Source of the DNA: Azolla caroliniana
Taxonomy: Eukaryota; Plantae; Polypodiophyta
Direction of reading: 5' to 3'
DNA length: 64,000 nucleotides
Assembly (NCBI GenBank): GCA_043228905.1
Contig: JBHGNT010000011.1
Coordinates: 5,270,001-5,334,000, forward strand
Shown: piece after piece, positions 50,601-62,367 of the stretch
Position numbering within the stretch: position 1 is the stretch's first letter
Layout of the letters: the number at the start of each line of letters is the position of its first letter
The notes under the pieces: model-generated
What the model saw: the letters and a program-made list of their open reading frames with translations, nothing else
Databases searched by the model: none
What the model was told of the DNA's origin: nothing
Made by a program: the position numbers and the translations under genes

Positions 50601-53022
50601 CAAAAAGAAATGAATTGACTCACTCACATGACAGTGTGTATGGTGGACTGGATGTGCCCACCATGAGGGCACCATGAGCACCACGTCTCTCCACCCGAGA
50701 AAAGAACGTACTCAAAGCCGTGATGGGTCAAAGAACGTAGTCATGTGATATCATTATGCATTCATGATGAAGGTAGCGACAGTCTAAGAACCGGAAACCT
50801 TTTCTGAAGCCGTGACGGGTCAAAGCGACTCCAAGAATGAGACATGGGATCTTGTCCCTTCTTCACACCACCAAATGGAAATTGGATGTCGGTGGATCTT
50901 CAAAGTGAAGCACAATGCCGACGGCACTGTCAATTGGTACAAGGACCGACATGTGGCGAAGGGCTACGCACAGATTCAAGGTGTCGATTACGAAGAAACC
51001 TTTGCCCTGGTGGCAAAAATGACTACAATTCGAACCGTGATCGTGCTTGGAGCAGCAAAAAGGTGGCACCTCCACCAAATGGACGTGAAGAACGCCTTCC
51101 TCCAAGGCAAGCTAGAAGTGGAGTTGTACTACGCATCCGACTGTTGTCTACCTACTCAAGAAACCTCTCTATGGTCTGAAGCAAGCACCAAGAGCATGGC
51201 ATTTGAAGTTAACCCAATATCTTCATCAAATCGGTTTTCAAATGTCCAAGTCCAACAACTCTCTGTTCATCCAAAACAACTCCAGAAGATAGGTATTTAT
51301 CATCATTTATCTGGATGACTTGGTCAGAGGAGGAGAGCATTTAGTAGATATTGAGCACATCGAGAAGCTCCTCTCCAGTCGATTCGAAATGAAAGACATG
51401 AAGGAACTTCACTATTTTTTTAGGAATGGAAGTAATTCAGACCTCTAACAACATCATGCTTTCTCAATCTTCTTGACAAGTTTGGGATGACACAATGTAA
51501 GCCCAACACTATCCCTCTCGATCGAAATCAAAAGCTACATGATGACTCAGGCACAAGAGAGTGTGAACTAATGCTCAATTGTCAGCTAGTCGAAATCCTC
51601 ATTTACCTCACAATTACCCGACCCGACCTGAGTTACCCGGCCGGCCTCCTTAACCAGTTCATGCAAACTCTGCGAGACATCCATCTCGATTGTGCTAAGC
51701 GATTGCTAAGGTATGTGAGTGGAACGATGCATTCCGGCATCCTCTACAGATCAGACATACTGATTCAACTCACATGGTATACCGATGTCGACCGACAATC
51801 GACATCCAGATTTGTTTCTCTCTCGGCAGCCGTGCCATATCGTGGAGTAGTAAGAAACAACCAATAATCACACTGACGAGCACCAAAGCTAAATACAAGG
51901 GTGCGGTCATAGTCGCATTTGAAGCTGTTTGGCTCAAGAGAATACTGAAGGACCTGCGCATTCCCATCTGATGAGGAGAGAGAGAAAAATGATAGATAAG
52001 AGAAGAGGAAGAGAAAAGAATACTTGAATATATTATTAAGAAAAGAATACAATCTTCTTATACTCCAAGAGTAACAACCCCAAATAACTACTTCAATATA
52101 CTATTATTAAAATAGTATTTCCGTCTTCTCTCTTTCTTCTACTAATTGTCTTCTCACTTCTTCTAATCTTCTTCTTCTTCCTCACTTATTCTTGTAGACC
52201 TTCTATCCCCCCTTCCTATTACTAAGAATACCGCATATTTATAGGGTTTTAGTTGCGTTATTCTTGCTTTTTTCTTTTCTTTTCTTTTATATATCCTCGA
52301 GTTTGTGTAGTGCGTTTTTCATATCATTATTTTTTGTTTTTCATCCAAATCTTTCATACAAGAAATATTTCTTTGTCAACTTTCTTACAAATCTTTTCTT
52401 TTGAAATTTGGATAAGATATGAAGAAGTTATGAGGTTTTTTCTCTACCTTGCTGTTTCTACTTAATTTCCTGCGTTTTTCTTCCTTTTCTTTTTTCTTGC
52501 CTTTTCTACTTTTGAAAAACGCCTCTAACTTTATATCTCTTCAATTTCATTCATCTTTTAACTGTTGGACCTCTTTCATTCATCCATTCATATTGTGCTT
52601 TATTCTTCTATACCTTCACATCCAATGTATTTGTCACGGTCTTTTCCTACGAGCAAAACTCGACTTCACACCATCAAGGATCAGATTCTCCTGTATTGCG
52701 ACAACATGAGCAATATCCACCTAGCCCAAAACCCAGTTTTCCACGCGTGGACCAAGCACATCGAAGTGCACTATAACTTCATCCGAGGCTATGTTTTGGC
52801 CGGGGATGTCAACCTACATCACATCAGCATGAACCTACAGACGACATACATCTTCACCAAGGCCGTGGGAGTCGATAAGTTGTGGTAGTTCACGAAGAAC
52901 TTGGGTCTTTCGACCATCGACCAATTGAGCTTGAGGGGCAGTAAGGAGTAGCAAGAGTGAACCGGCCATTCAAAGCCTACCCGAAGACCAGTCCAAACCA
53001 ACCACCCGAGAACTGGAAATTG
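47625..53022 (+). mobile_element. Degraded Copia (family A-related): partial 5' LTR 47625-47990, PBS 47991-48002, gag-pol, PPT, truncated 3' LTR
   Basis: TTTACA followed by TGGTATCAGAGC. Gag LPTENLDRNNFATWEYKMHQYL, WFVNWGASNHMT, TPQQNGVAERKN and HAWTKHIEVHY. PPT CTTGAGGGGCAG at ~52930; LTR matches 55401-55890. Confidence 0.92.
51969..52670 (-). mobile_element. Solo LTR (702 bp) inserted in Copia RNase H, TSD CCATC
   Basis: TG...CA termini flanked by CCATC on both sides; host frame LRIPI/KDQI resumes; minus-strand CCCTATAAATA. Confidence 0.9.
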
Positions 53023-55400
53023 TTCAGGATCGGAATGCATTTGGCCGAAAATGTCTACTTCAGCATGGCAAAAGAGACGACAGTGTTCTCATTGTGGGAG
53101 AAGCTACAAGCCGTGTACGAAAAAAAATCCTCATCTTCAAAACTAATTTCAATCAAACAACTGTTCAACATCAAGATGAGAGAAACCGATCTGGCTACCT
53201 CCCACATCAACACCTTCAGTCAGTTGTTATTAGAACTTTGTCACAAGGGATCAACTTCGAAGAAGAAATGAAAGCCCTTGCCCTCCTATCTAGCTTGCCG
53301 GCGAGTTGAGAGGTATTCTGCACAACATACGCCAATAGCCGACTGATCGTAAATCTGGATGAGACGATCGGCCAAGTCCTCATGGAGGACATATGGCGAA
53401 AATCGATGGGACTCACCATCGATGAATCGGCAGAAGCCCATCACTTGACCGAGTCATTCGAGCGACATAGTTGAATGAGAGAACAAGCAGACTGAATTGG
53501 TCCGAACACCAACCGATCAAAGATAGGGGGAGACCGACAACAGTCAAAGTCGAGAATAGGCTGATCAGGTGAATTCTGCACACACTACAAAAATGTTCGC
53601 CACAATGTTTCCGACTGTTGGTCGATCTAGAAGAAAGAGAGTGGTCGGCGATCCGATCGAAATCGAGGACAACACAACTCGAACCACTCTCCAATAGACA
53701 GCCAAATCAACGTTGCCGACACCCGATCAAGAGAAATTCTCTCCTTAGAGGATTCAATGATCGAAGAAGTCCTATACAGTGCACAAGATGCACACAGGTG
53801 GTTACTGGATATAGGTGCCACATTCCACGTGACCCCTAATATTGGCTGGTTTTCGAACTATTCAACCGACGCTAGTGGCACAATCCGACTAGGCAACGGG
53901 CAAGAGTCTAGAATCGCAGGGACCGAAGAGGTTCCCATCCAGTTGTCAAATGGCAACACAATAACCCTGCAACGAGTTTGGCATGTACCCAATCTGAAGA
54001 GGAGTCCGGTCTCCATTGGCATGCTCGATGAAGACAGGTACCGAATGACTCTCAGTGGTATGGGTGATCAACCGAGGAAATCTCAAAATGGGAGTGGGCA
54101 CAAGTACAATAACTTGTGCAATGGTGGTGACCCAGCCCGACCTAGCTTATGCCATAGAGCCGGTACATGTCAAATCCAGGTCGGAAGCATTGGGAGGCCG
54201 TAAAGCACATCTTCAGGTACTTCAGAGGGACCGAAGATACACAACTGACTTTTAGTTTGACAACCTTAGCCAAAGTCAGAGGCTACACCGACTCCGACTA
54301 TGCCAGAAATACGGACAATTGGAGGTCTACATCAGGCTATATTTTCACCTATGGTGGCGGTGTGATATCATGGAGGTCTAAGCTTAGTTTAACAACCTTA
54401 GCCGAAATCGAAGGCTATACTGACTCTGACTATGCCGGAAATACGGACAATCGGAAGTATACATCAGACTATATTTTGACCTATGGTGGTGGTGCGATAT
54501 CATGGAGGTCGAAGCTTCAAGAGTGCATGGCCCTGTCAACCATAGAGGCCGAGTACATAGCAACATCGGAGGCAGTGAAGGAAGTTATCTGGCTCCACGG
54601 ACCATCTGCGGACTTCTCATCTACAAGCCGAATCAACTGACCAACGCCGACCATCTATTGCGACTCACAGAGCGCAATTCACCTCATTAACAATCCCGTC
54701 TATCACGCAAAGACGAAGCACATTGAGGTGCAGTATCATCACATCTGGGAGCTCATAGCCAAGAAGAAGCTTGAAGTTCGGAATATCGACACCAAGGTGA
54801 ACATCATCAATTTCCTAACGAAGCCACTCCCAAATCAACGCGTTGGAGCACTTAGGACAAAGATAGGACTATAAGAAGTGACTGAGCAAAAGAAAGCCAA
54901 ACGAGGAGCAGAAGGGAAGTGTCCACTGAATCAATCATGATAATGAGCCATGGTCGGCTCGACACGGACCTCACCTTTGCCAACTTGACTATATGCCCAC
55001 CGACTTATAACAAAAATTTAGATTAGTGTTGTAATCTAGGTTTGCGGGGGAGACAACCCCAAACACATGTACATGAAGGAAAGAGTAGTCCATTTACGGG
55101 GGAGTTTGTTGGCATAAAAAGCTGACTCCTTCCACTTTGTATCCTAGTGTGAACTCGTTCATATTGTTAGGGCTTAGTATATAAGTGATAACCTAACGTT
55201 GTAAAAGAGGACTCTTGATCATTCTTGTACTCTGTCTCAAAGAGAGAGAGAGAGAGAAAGAAAGAATGTAATAGCAAAAGCTTCCATTAAAGCTGAAACC
55301 GTATATATCTTCTATTTATTCTCTTGCCCTCGTTTTGTGTTCTTTGCCGATCACGACGACAGATCCTCACACATACGTTTCCGACATAATTGATCTTCAA
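53023..55400 (+). mobile_element. Internally deleted Copia (family C): gag, PR, RT end, RH, PPT, 3' LTR from ~55107
   Basis: Gag matches 33230-33955; WLLDIGATFHVTP; jumps to PDLAYA near 54110; PPT TTACGGGGGAGTT; LTR TGTTGGCATAAAAAGC matches 34360-34055. Confidence 0.88.
54252..54515 (+). repeat. In-frame 132-bp tandem duplication of the RNase H N-terminus
   Basis: SLTTLA...GYTDSDYA...WRSKL occurs twice in ORF 54167-54640. Confidence 0.9.
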
Positions 55401-55890
55401 TATTAAGGAGCAACAAGAGTGAACCAGCCATTCAAAGTTGAAGCTGAAGCCGGAGCCAACTCAAAGCCAACCTGAAGACCAGTCTGAACCAACCACCCAA
55501 TGACCAGAAATTGTGTTTGAAGGGGCATTTTGAGAAGCAAACTCAACTTCCCATGTGTGGGAACACACTCTAGGATACTCAAGTGTGTGAACACGCCACC
55601 TCCTTGTATAGTAACTAGTGTGTCATAGGATATTAATGTTCTATGATACATATTCTTTTAGTTAAGACTCGACCTCCTTCCCAATAGGCAACTCTAGTGA
55701 GAGAATCTAGAGAGAAGGTGACTACATAAGCACCTTCTCCTTCTCTTTGTAACTGTTGGTCGTTCTTGTTTTTCCTTGTAATACAGATTTTTGTTTCTCT
55801 ATAACTCTCGAGCTCTCGTAATCTCTCTCTTTCTCTCTCTATACACACACAGTTCTTCCGCTGCACAAAATCATCCTTCAACTGTTTACA
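55401..55890 (+). mobile_element. Full-length LTR of the family at 47625-53022, without TSD
   Basis: 5' part matches 52942-53022 and 3' part matches 47625-47990; ends TTTACA; not followed by a PBS. Confidence 0.85.
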
Positions 55891-58800
55891 ATTTCTCATC
55901 CCTCAATTCTTCTGATATCCCCTAGGATGACCAAGCACTAATGAAGCAATTTTGTTATGGTCTACGTAACAATGTCAAGGATTTACTCTTGATCTTCCTT
56001 GAAGAACCAAAGTCATTGGCATAAGCAATCAATCACGCGGTGAGATGCGACAACCGTCTTTTCGAACGATGTTCGGAACATCAGTTCCAGATGCCAAGGA
56101 TAAGATTAGAGCCCACCTACGCCTCAGTGGTAGCAAAACCTTTTCAAAGGGAATCATATAATGCGTCTCCAGTGAATACTCCAACTCCGATGGAAATTAA
56201 CACTACACGTCGTCGTGGACCATTATCAGAAGAAGAAAAGCAGCGACGCCGAGAAAATCGACTATGTCTTTATTGCGGTGGACCAGGGCATATTGTAGTG
56301 AAATGTCCCCATAGGCCAAGAAGACAGGTAAGCCAAATAGTTGCTAGTACTAATTGTACTAAACCCGAGTCTATTTTAGTAGCAATATTTGATAGTCCTA
56401 ATAGTACTAGTAGCCCAAATCTATCGAATAAATTTGATGTCCTTAGTCCGTTAGAAGAAGAGTTAAACGACTAAGTCCAGCCAAAATAGGAGTCATTTGG
56501 TTGGACAACCCTAGATCTGTGTAGCCCATTAGTGGTTCCATTCCCCCTAAGCAAGTTAGCAATGTGTTCTTAGCCCAAGTAACAGTTAGTATTAAAAGTA
56601 CCCCTCAAGTACATGTCTCAACACTCCTAGATTCCAGAGGTAATTCTTGCTTCATGGATAGGAATTTTGCCCAAGCTGATCAGGTATCCTGAAGAAAACT
56701 CCCATGTCCAGCCTTTGTAGTAGTCATTGATGGTTGTCTCATTGCTTTCGGGAATATTATAGAAGAGTCAGAGCCCGTTAACATTGTCCTAGATAATTTA
56801 GCATGTATAGTATCATTTAATATAATTAATATCCTAGAACATCCCATTGTTTTGGGATTACCATGGTTCAAATTACATAACCCAGACATAGATTAGAGAA
56901 CAAGAGAAATCCGGTATCGACAAACCCGAGGATCTACTTATAAGATTGCAACCATTTCGCTACATCAGTTGCGTGAGGAACGACGCAAGGAAGAAATGTT
57001 TCTCTTCGCAATATCAGAAATGTTTTTTGATCATCTATTTGGATGATCTACTGGTTTATTCGAAGACCCAAGAAGAGCATGATTCTCATGTACTGTCTTT
57101 ATGCAAAGCTGGAAAAATGTAGTTTCGGGTGCAACCAAGTAGAATTTCTGGGTTATGTCATTTCCTTGGAAGGAATCTCCATGGATCCAGCTCAGGTCAA
57201 AACAGTGGTAGAGCGGCAGACTCCGCGTTCGTTGTGAGATGTGCAATGCTTTTTAGGCTTTGCCAATTTCTACCGCAACTTTATACAAGATTACTCAAAG
57301 CTTGTTTTGCCTCTCACATAGCTTACCAGGAAGGGACAATCGTTCGTTTGGTCTGAAGAAACAGACATGGCTTTTGAGAGTCTTAAGAAGGCATTTACAT
57401 CAGCTCCTATTCTAGCTCATGTTGATCTGGAAAAACCATTCATCATTAAAGCAGATGGATTTAGCATTGGGTAGCATTCTGTCACAACAAGGTGATGATG
57501 AAAAGCTACATCCTCTAGCTTTCCATTCACGCAAGTTTGACGCCGCCGAAATCAACTATGAAATTCATGATAAGGAGCTATTAGCAATAATGGACTCTTT
57601 TATGTAATGGAGGCATTTTCTAGAGGGATCTTCTCATCAAGTCATCGTATTCAGTGATCACAAAAACCTTGCCTACTTTCAAAATGCTCGTGTGTTAAAT
57701 CGATGTCAAGCTCGGTGGGCCCAATTCCTCACTCATTTCGACTTCAAAATTACATATCGTCCGGGGAAGCAACAAGGGAAGGCTGATGCATTATCACGAT
57801 AACCAAAATCAAGTAATCCTGGGACCGGCACGACTGCAAGCAAACCAGGTCTTCGATATGCCCTTGGATTCCCACATTATCGATACCATACGTGAGTACT
57901 TGAAGACAGATGCTTTCGCCCAAGCCATTCCAGCACAAATTGATCCTTATCAAGCATCTTGTTCATAGTCGCAACAACCAGGTATGGACTATCGACAATT
58001 CGAATGTCATGATGGATTGTTATTCTTTAAGAAACTCTTGTATGTTCCTAATGGTTCTTGTCTCCTTCGAGTAGTCCAAAACTGTCATGACACATACACA
58101 GTCCAAAACATTAGATTTAGTACAACGACCATTCTGGTGGCCCCATATGCGACAATTTGTCGAAGATTTTGTTCGGACTTGTGATACATGTTGCAAAGCA
58201 AAAATGCCAAGGCATCATCCATATGGTTTATTAGAACCATTCCCAATTCCAAGCAAGCCATGGCAATCCATTGCTCTAGATTTCATCACAAACCTTCTAG
58301 GCTCTAAGGGATTCGATGCAATCTTAACATTAGTAGATCGATATACAAAGATGACCCATTTCCTACCATGTACTAAGGAAATCTCCATTGAAAAAACCAT
58401 TGAAACTGTCATGCGTGAAGTATGTCGGCATCATGGCCTTCCCAATAGTATCATCAGCGACCATGGACCTCAGTTCGTCTCGAAATTCTGGAAGCACCTC
58501 TTTAAAATTCTCAAGGTCACTTGTAACCTCTCCTCCAGTTTCCACCCGCAAACAGACGGCCAAGCAGAACGAACAAATCAAACTCTGGAGCAGTATCTTC
58601 AGTGCTTTCTAAGTTATCATCAAGATAACAGGGCGGATATTCTCCACTTCGCCGAATTTTCGTATAATAACTCTGTCCACACATCGACAAAGGTTACACC
58701 ATTTTATGCATATACGGGTTGTCACCCCCGGTGGTGTGTATTTGAAACCCCAGAGTTACCCACAAATCCTTGTGCAGAGGATCGTTTGGAGCGGTTACGC

Positions 58801-59660
58801 AAATACAAGCAAATTTATCTACTCATCTACAGCAAGCTCAACAAACACACAACGTTTACGCGGATCGTCATCGGCTTCCATCCAGTTTTAACATTGGAGA
58901 TCGGGTATGGCTACTACGATGTCACATCAAGACTACTCGCCCATGCCAAATGTTGGATTATCGGCAATTAGGTCCTTTCCGTATTATCGGAAAAATTAAT
59001 GATGTCGCTTTTCGTCTCGATCTTCCTCCACAACTTCGGATACATCCGGTGTTTCATAGTTCTCTCATCGAACCCTATCAAGACAGCACCATCCCAGGTC
59101 GTATTAAACAACCTCCACCCCTGATCGAATTTGAAGATGGACCTGAGTACGAGGTTGCCGCCATCCTCGATTCCAAGATTGTTCGCAACAAGCTCTACTA
59201 TTTAGTCGATTCGCTAGGATATAGTCCCAGCGAGTGTACTTGGGAACCAATAGAGAATGTGACCAATGCTCGTGCTCTTCTTGAAGACTTCCATCGTCAA
59301 TATCCAAACAAACCGGGTCCTCAATCCAAAACGACTCGTGACACTTGTCGTTTTAAAGGGGGGATAGTGTCATGATATGGCAAGACTCAAACCCATGACC
59401 TTATGTTACATGAGTCGAGCTCTTGACCATTAGACAATTTGTTATAATATAAAGGATATTATTTTCATTTAAGTTTTACTATAGAAAATTTATGTATATT
59501 CCAAATTTCTCTGGAACATTCTAGAAACTTTAGGAGTACTCCTGAGAACACTATAAAAGGAGGCACCAAGCATTATTTCGAACCAAATTGGTTCAATGCC
59601 AGTCTTAAGCCTCCTTGCCATCCTTGTATATTCTTTCTACATAATATATCGTTGTCATCA
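55891..59660 (+). mobile_element. Degraded chromovirus (Ty3/Gypsy with chromodomain; Tcn1/sushi-like): gag, PR, partial RT, RH, IN, chromodomain, PPT, 3' LTR from 59368
   Basis: PMEI...GPLSEEEKQRRRENRLCLYCGGPGH...[37 protein letters not shown]...IHPVFHSSL and EYEVAAILDS...TWEP motifs; PPT AAAGGGGGGATAG followed by TGTCATG. Confidence 0.92.
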
Positions 59661-59689
59661 TCATTTCCTTATGGCCCAAGACTAATGGT

Positions 59690-60215
59690 TTTACATGTAG
59701 AAAACACAATGGAAATAGTGTGATTGACTATGTGCTACTTTCCAAATGTATTTTGGATCATATACATAAATTCTCACTTGGTGAATGGACACCAAAATTC
59801 GATAATAGGCCTTTATGTATTGATCTCAAATGTATGCATAGGTTTGATTGTGAGAAGGCTATTGAAGATAATAAACAACCGCACTTGAGCATGAACCTTA
59901 AGCGAGCACCCATGTATTCCAAGATGATTGAGGGTATGTTACAAATGACAAAGATACAACATGGTGCCACACTAGAATGCAAATGGGAAGCTTTCAAGAA
60001 AGTCATTCTCTCCTATACAAACAAATGTTTTTCGACCAACCGCACATCTTGGAAATGCACCAAGAAACTTAGGAAAAAATGGTTTGATAAAGAATGTCGT
60101 GAAGCTCGAAAGTGCCTTATGGTTTTGGATGTAGTTAAGGATAACGAGAATTACCAAAAGCATTTGCATGAGTATAAAAGGCTTATTCAAAGAAAGAGAA
60201 GAATATGCCATCAAT
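59690..60215 (+). mobile_element. LINE fragment: AP-endonuclease C-terminus and linker
   Basis: GNSVIDYVLLS...DNRPL (SDHxPL-like), WEAFKKVIL, KKWFDKECREARK and YKRLIQRKRR. Confidence 0.75.
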
Positions 60216-60239
60216 ATTGTGCAGCCAGTCTCCCAAGAC

Positions 60240-60540
60240 AGGTTTAGTCATTCTTTGTTCTCCATACCATTTTCTGTGAGCTTTGTGTTGTGATATGAAA
60301 CTCGTCTCAAGGTTGTGGCCCTATAAGAGCATCGGTGTTCTCCTAGTAATCTAGGGAGTTCGATAACTTCTTGTACACTCTCCCATATCATAGTGAAGTT
60401 TTGGTGGCTAGAGGGCACCCATGGTTTTTCCCTGATTTAGGGTTTCCACGTAAATGCTCTGTCTTTTGTATGTGCTTGTGTTTTAGGCTTTCTGCCTATG
60501 TTGTTTCGGGTCCTAATTCTTGCATATTTTTTGTTGAACA
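60240..60540 (+). mobile_element. LTR remnant (R/U5-like)
   Basis: ATAGTGAAG...CATGGTTTTTCCC...GGGTTTCCACGTAAA, the same U5 motif as the family B LTRs at 15243-15280. Confidence 0.55.
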
Positions 60541-61032
60541 AGGAAACTAAATGAACTAATACATGTTAGTGTCCATCTTGTTGCCTGCCATCTTAACCAT
60601 TCCTTTCATACAACTTAGTTTACTCTCACTTCAATGTGACAAAAGATGTTGGGTCATAAGCGATAAGAACACTTTTGGGGGTTTGTATATCACATTTTAA
60701 CCACACATCTTCAACTCAATCAAATACTTGGACTTATTTCTCTCACATTAAAATTGTTCATTCTCAATTATGACATTCATTAGTAAAGTTCTTGAACATC
60801 GAGATTTTCTAGCCTTTTTCATATGTATTACTTTAAAACTTTATATTTCTGGCATTATATGTCAATTTTAACCTTCAAATACGATAATAAATCTACCCAT
60901 CTATCTATATCTCCATCAATATCCTTCACACTCAAGGTTGGATCTAATGAATTTCTAAATGTGGCTCAATTGTCCATATAATATCTAAAGTCTCCAATGG
61001 ATATTGTGTCTCTCCGTCAACTATCTGGGAGC

Positions 61033-61264
61033 AATGATCTTTATAATGCAATAGGTAAGACTCTATTAAAAGGATCATTTTTCTCTTCTCGTTCTTTTAA
61101 TAAAAGCAGAATGTGTTAAAACATGACAATACAAAAAATACCTTTGTTAATGATCTTTATAATGCAATAGGTAAGACTCTGTTAAAAGGATCATTTTTCT
61201 CTTCTCGTTCTTTTAATAAAAGTAGAATGTGTTAAAACATGACAATACAAAAAATGCCTTTGTT
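61033..61264. repeat. Tandem duplication, 2 x 116 bp
   Basis: Copies 61033-61148 and 61149-61264 with about 3 substitutions. Confidence 0.95.
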
Positions 61265-61329
61265 GTCTCTGTAATTTTGAGGCTCTTATGGCAAGGTAAA
61301 CCCTCGAAGTTGTGTTATAAGAATAGATA

Positions 61330-62305
61330 GAATAAGATTATCTCGGAATAGCAAACCATCTTGTATGGTGAAATGGTCAAGGTCCATCCGTTTGGGTGTC
61401 GTGGAGGGGTTTTGCAGACTATCTTGAATCTCATTGGCGAACGCATCGGTTGTGGATGCATCGGTGATGTATTGGAGTAAGGAATCATCGTGCAACATAC
61501 AAGTGGCAAAAAGATGCAATTGGTTGGGTTTCAACAAACAGCGAGATTGTTGAGGATGAGCAGCATCCACGAGGTAGATTGCAAGTTCGGCTCAATGAGT
61601 AAGGGCATCGGCCTTCCCATGTTGGCCACCAAGTCGAAATACGATCTAAAAAACATAGTCAACGAGAAATGTCGACCAACAGGCCTGCCTTCGATTCAAA
61701 GTATGAGTGGTGGAAAAATAAACTAAATTCTTATGGTCAGTTAATACTTGGACACGGTGTTGTGTGTCATTCTTCAAAGGTAGCAACGATAGCAGCAAGC
61801 TCCTTGTCATATATTGGATAATTGGTTTCGGACGTCGTGAATTTGCAGGAGTAGTAAGCCACTCAGTGCATTATGTTGGTGTCGTCAACCTGGGATACGA
61901 TGGCACCAATTGCGAAGTCAGAGGCATCGGTATCCACTTGGAAGGGTCCTGTGGGGTTGGCATATAGAAGCACGAGGGCAGTGATGAATGCGTGTTTGAG
62001 TGAGTCGAACGCATTTTGTACCGCCAAGGTCCATAAAAAGGGAGTACCTTTGTGGGTGAGGGTGATAAAAGGGTGGGCTAGGGTGGAAAACCCCTTGATG
62101 AAGCAACAATAAATATTTGTGAAGCCGAGGAAGGATTGCACATCTTTAAGTCGACTTGGAGTCGCCCACTCCCGAATGACTGAGACCTTTGTATCCATCA
62201 TGATTCCACTAGGCGAGATGATGTAGCCCAAGAATTCAATCGAGGTATGGTCGAACTCGCATTTCTCACTTTTGGCATAAAGTCCATTGTCGTGAAGATT
62301 CCGAG
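61330..62305 (-). mobile_element. Chromovirus-type Gypsy RT/RNase H fragment
   Basis: LYAKSEKCEF...FLGYII...DVQSFLGF...DTDASDFAIGAIVSQ; related to the element at 55891-59660. Confidence 0.88.
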
Positions 62306-62367
62306 CCATGGTGAGAAACTGGGGAGAAACGGGAGAATCGGCAAAGTGCATCGTGTGCACTCACCCT

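Noticed and set aside
930-59375. Frequent in-frame TAG/TGA in pol genes as readthrough or an alternative genetic code
   Set aside because: Many stops fall at expected TGG/CAG/CGA codons and accompany frameshifts, consistent with methyl-cytosine deamination decay.
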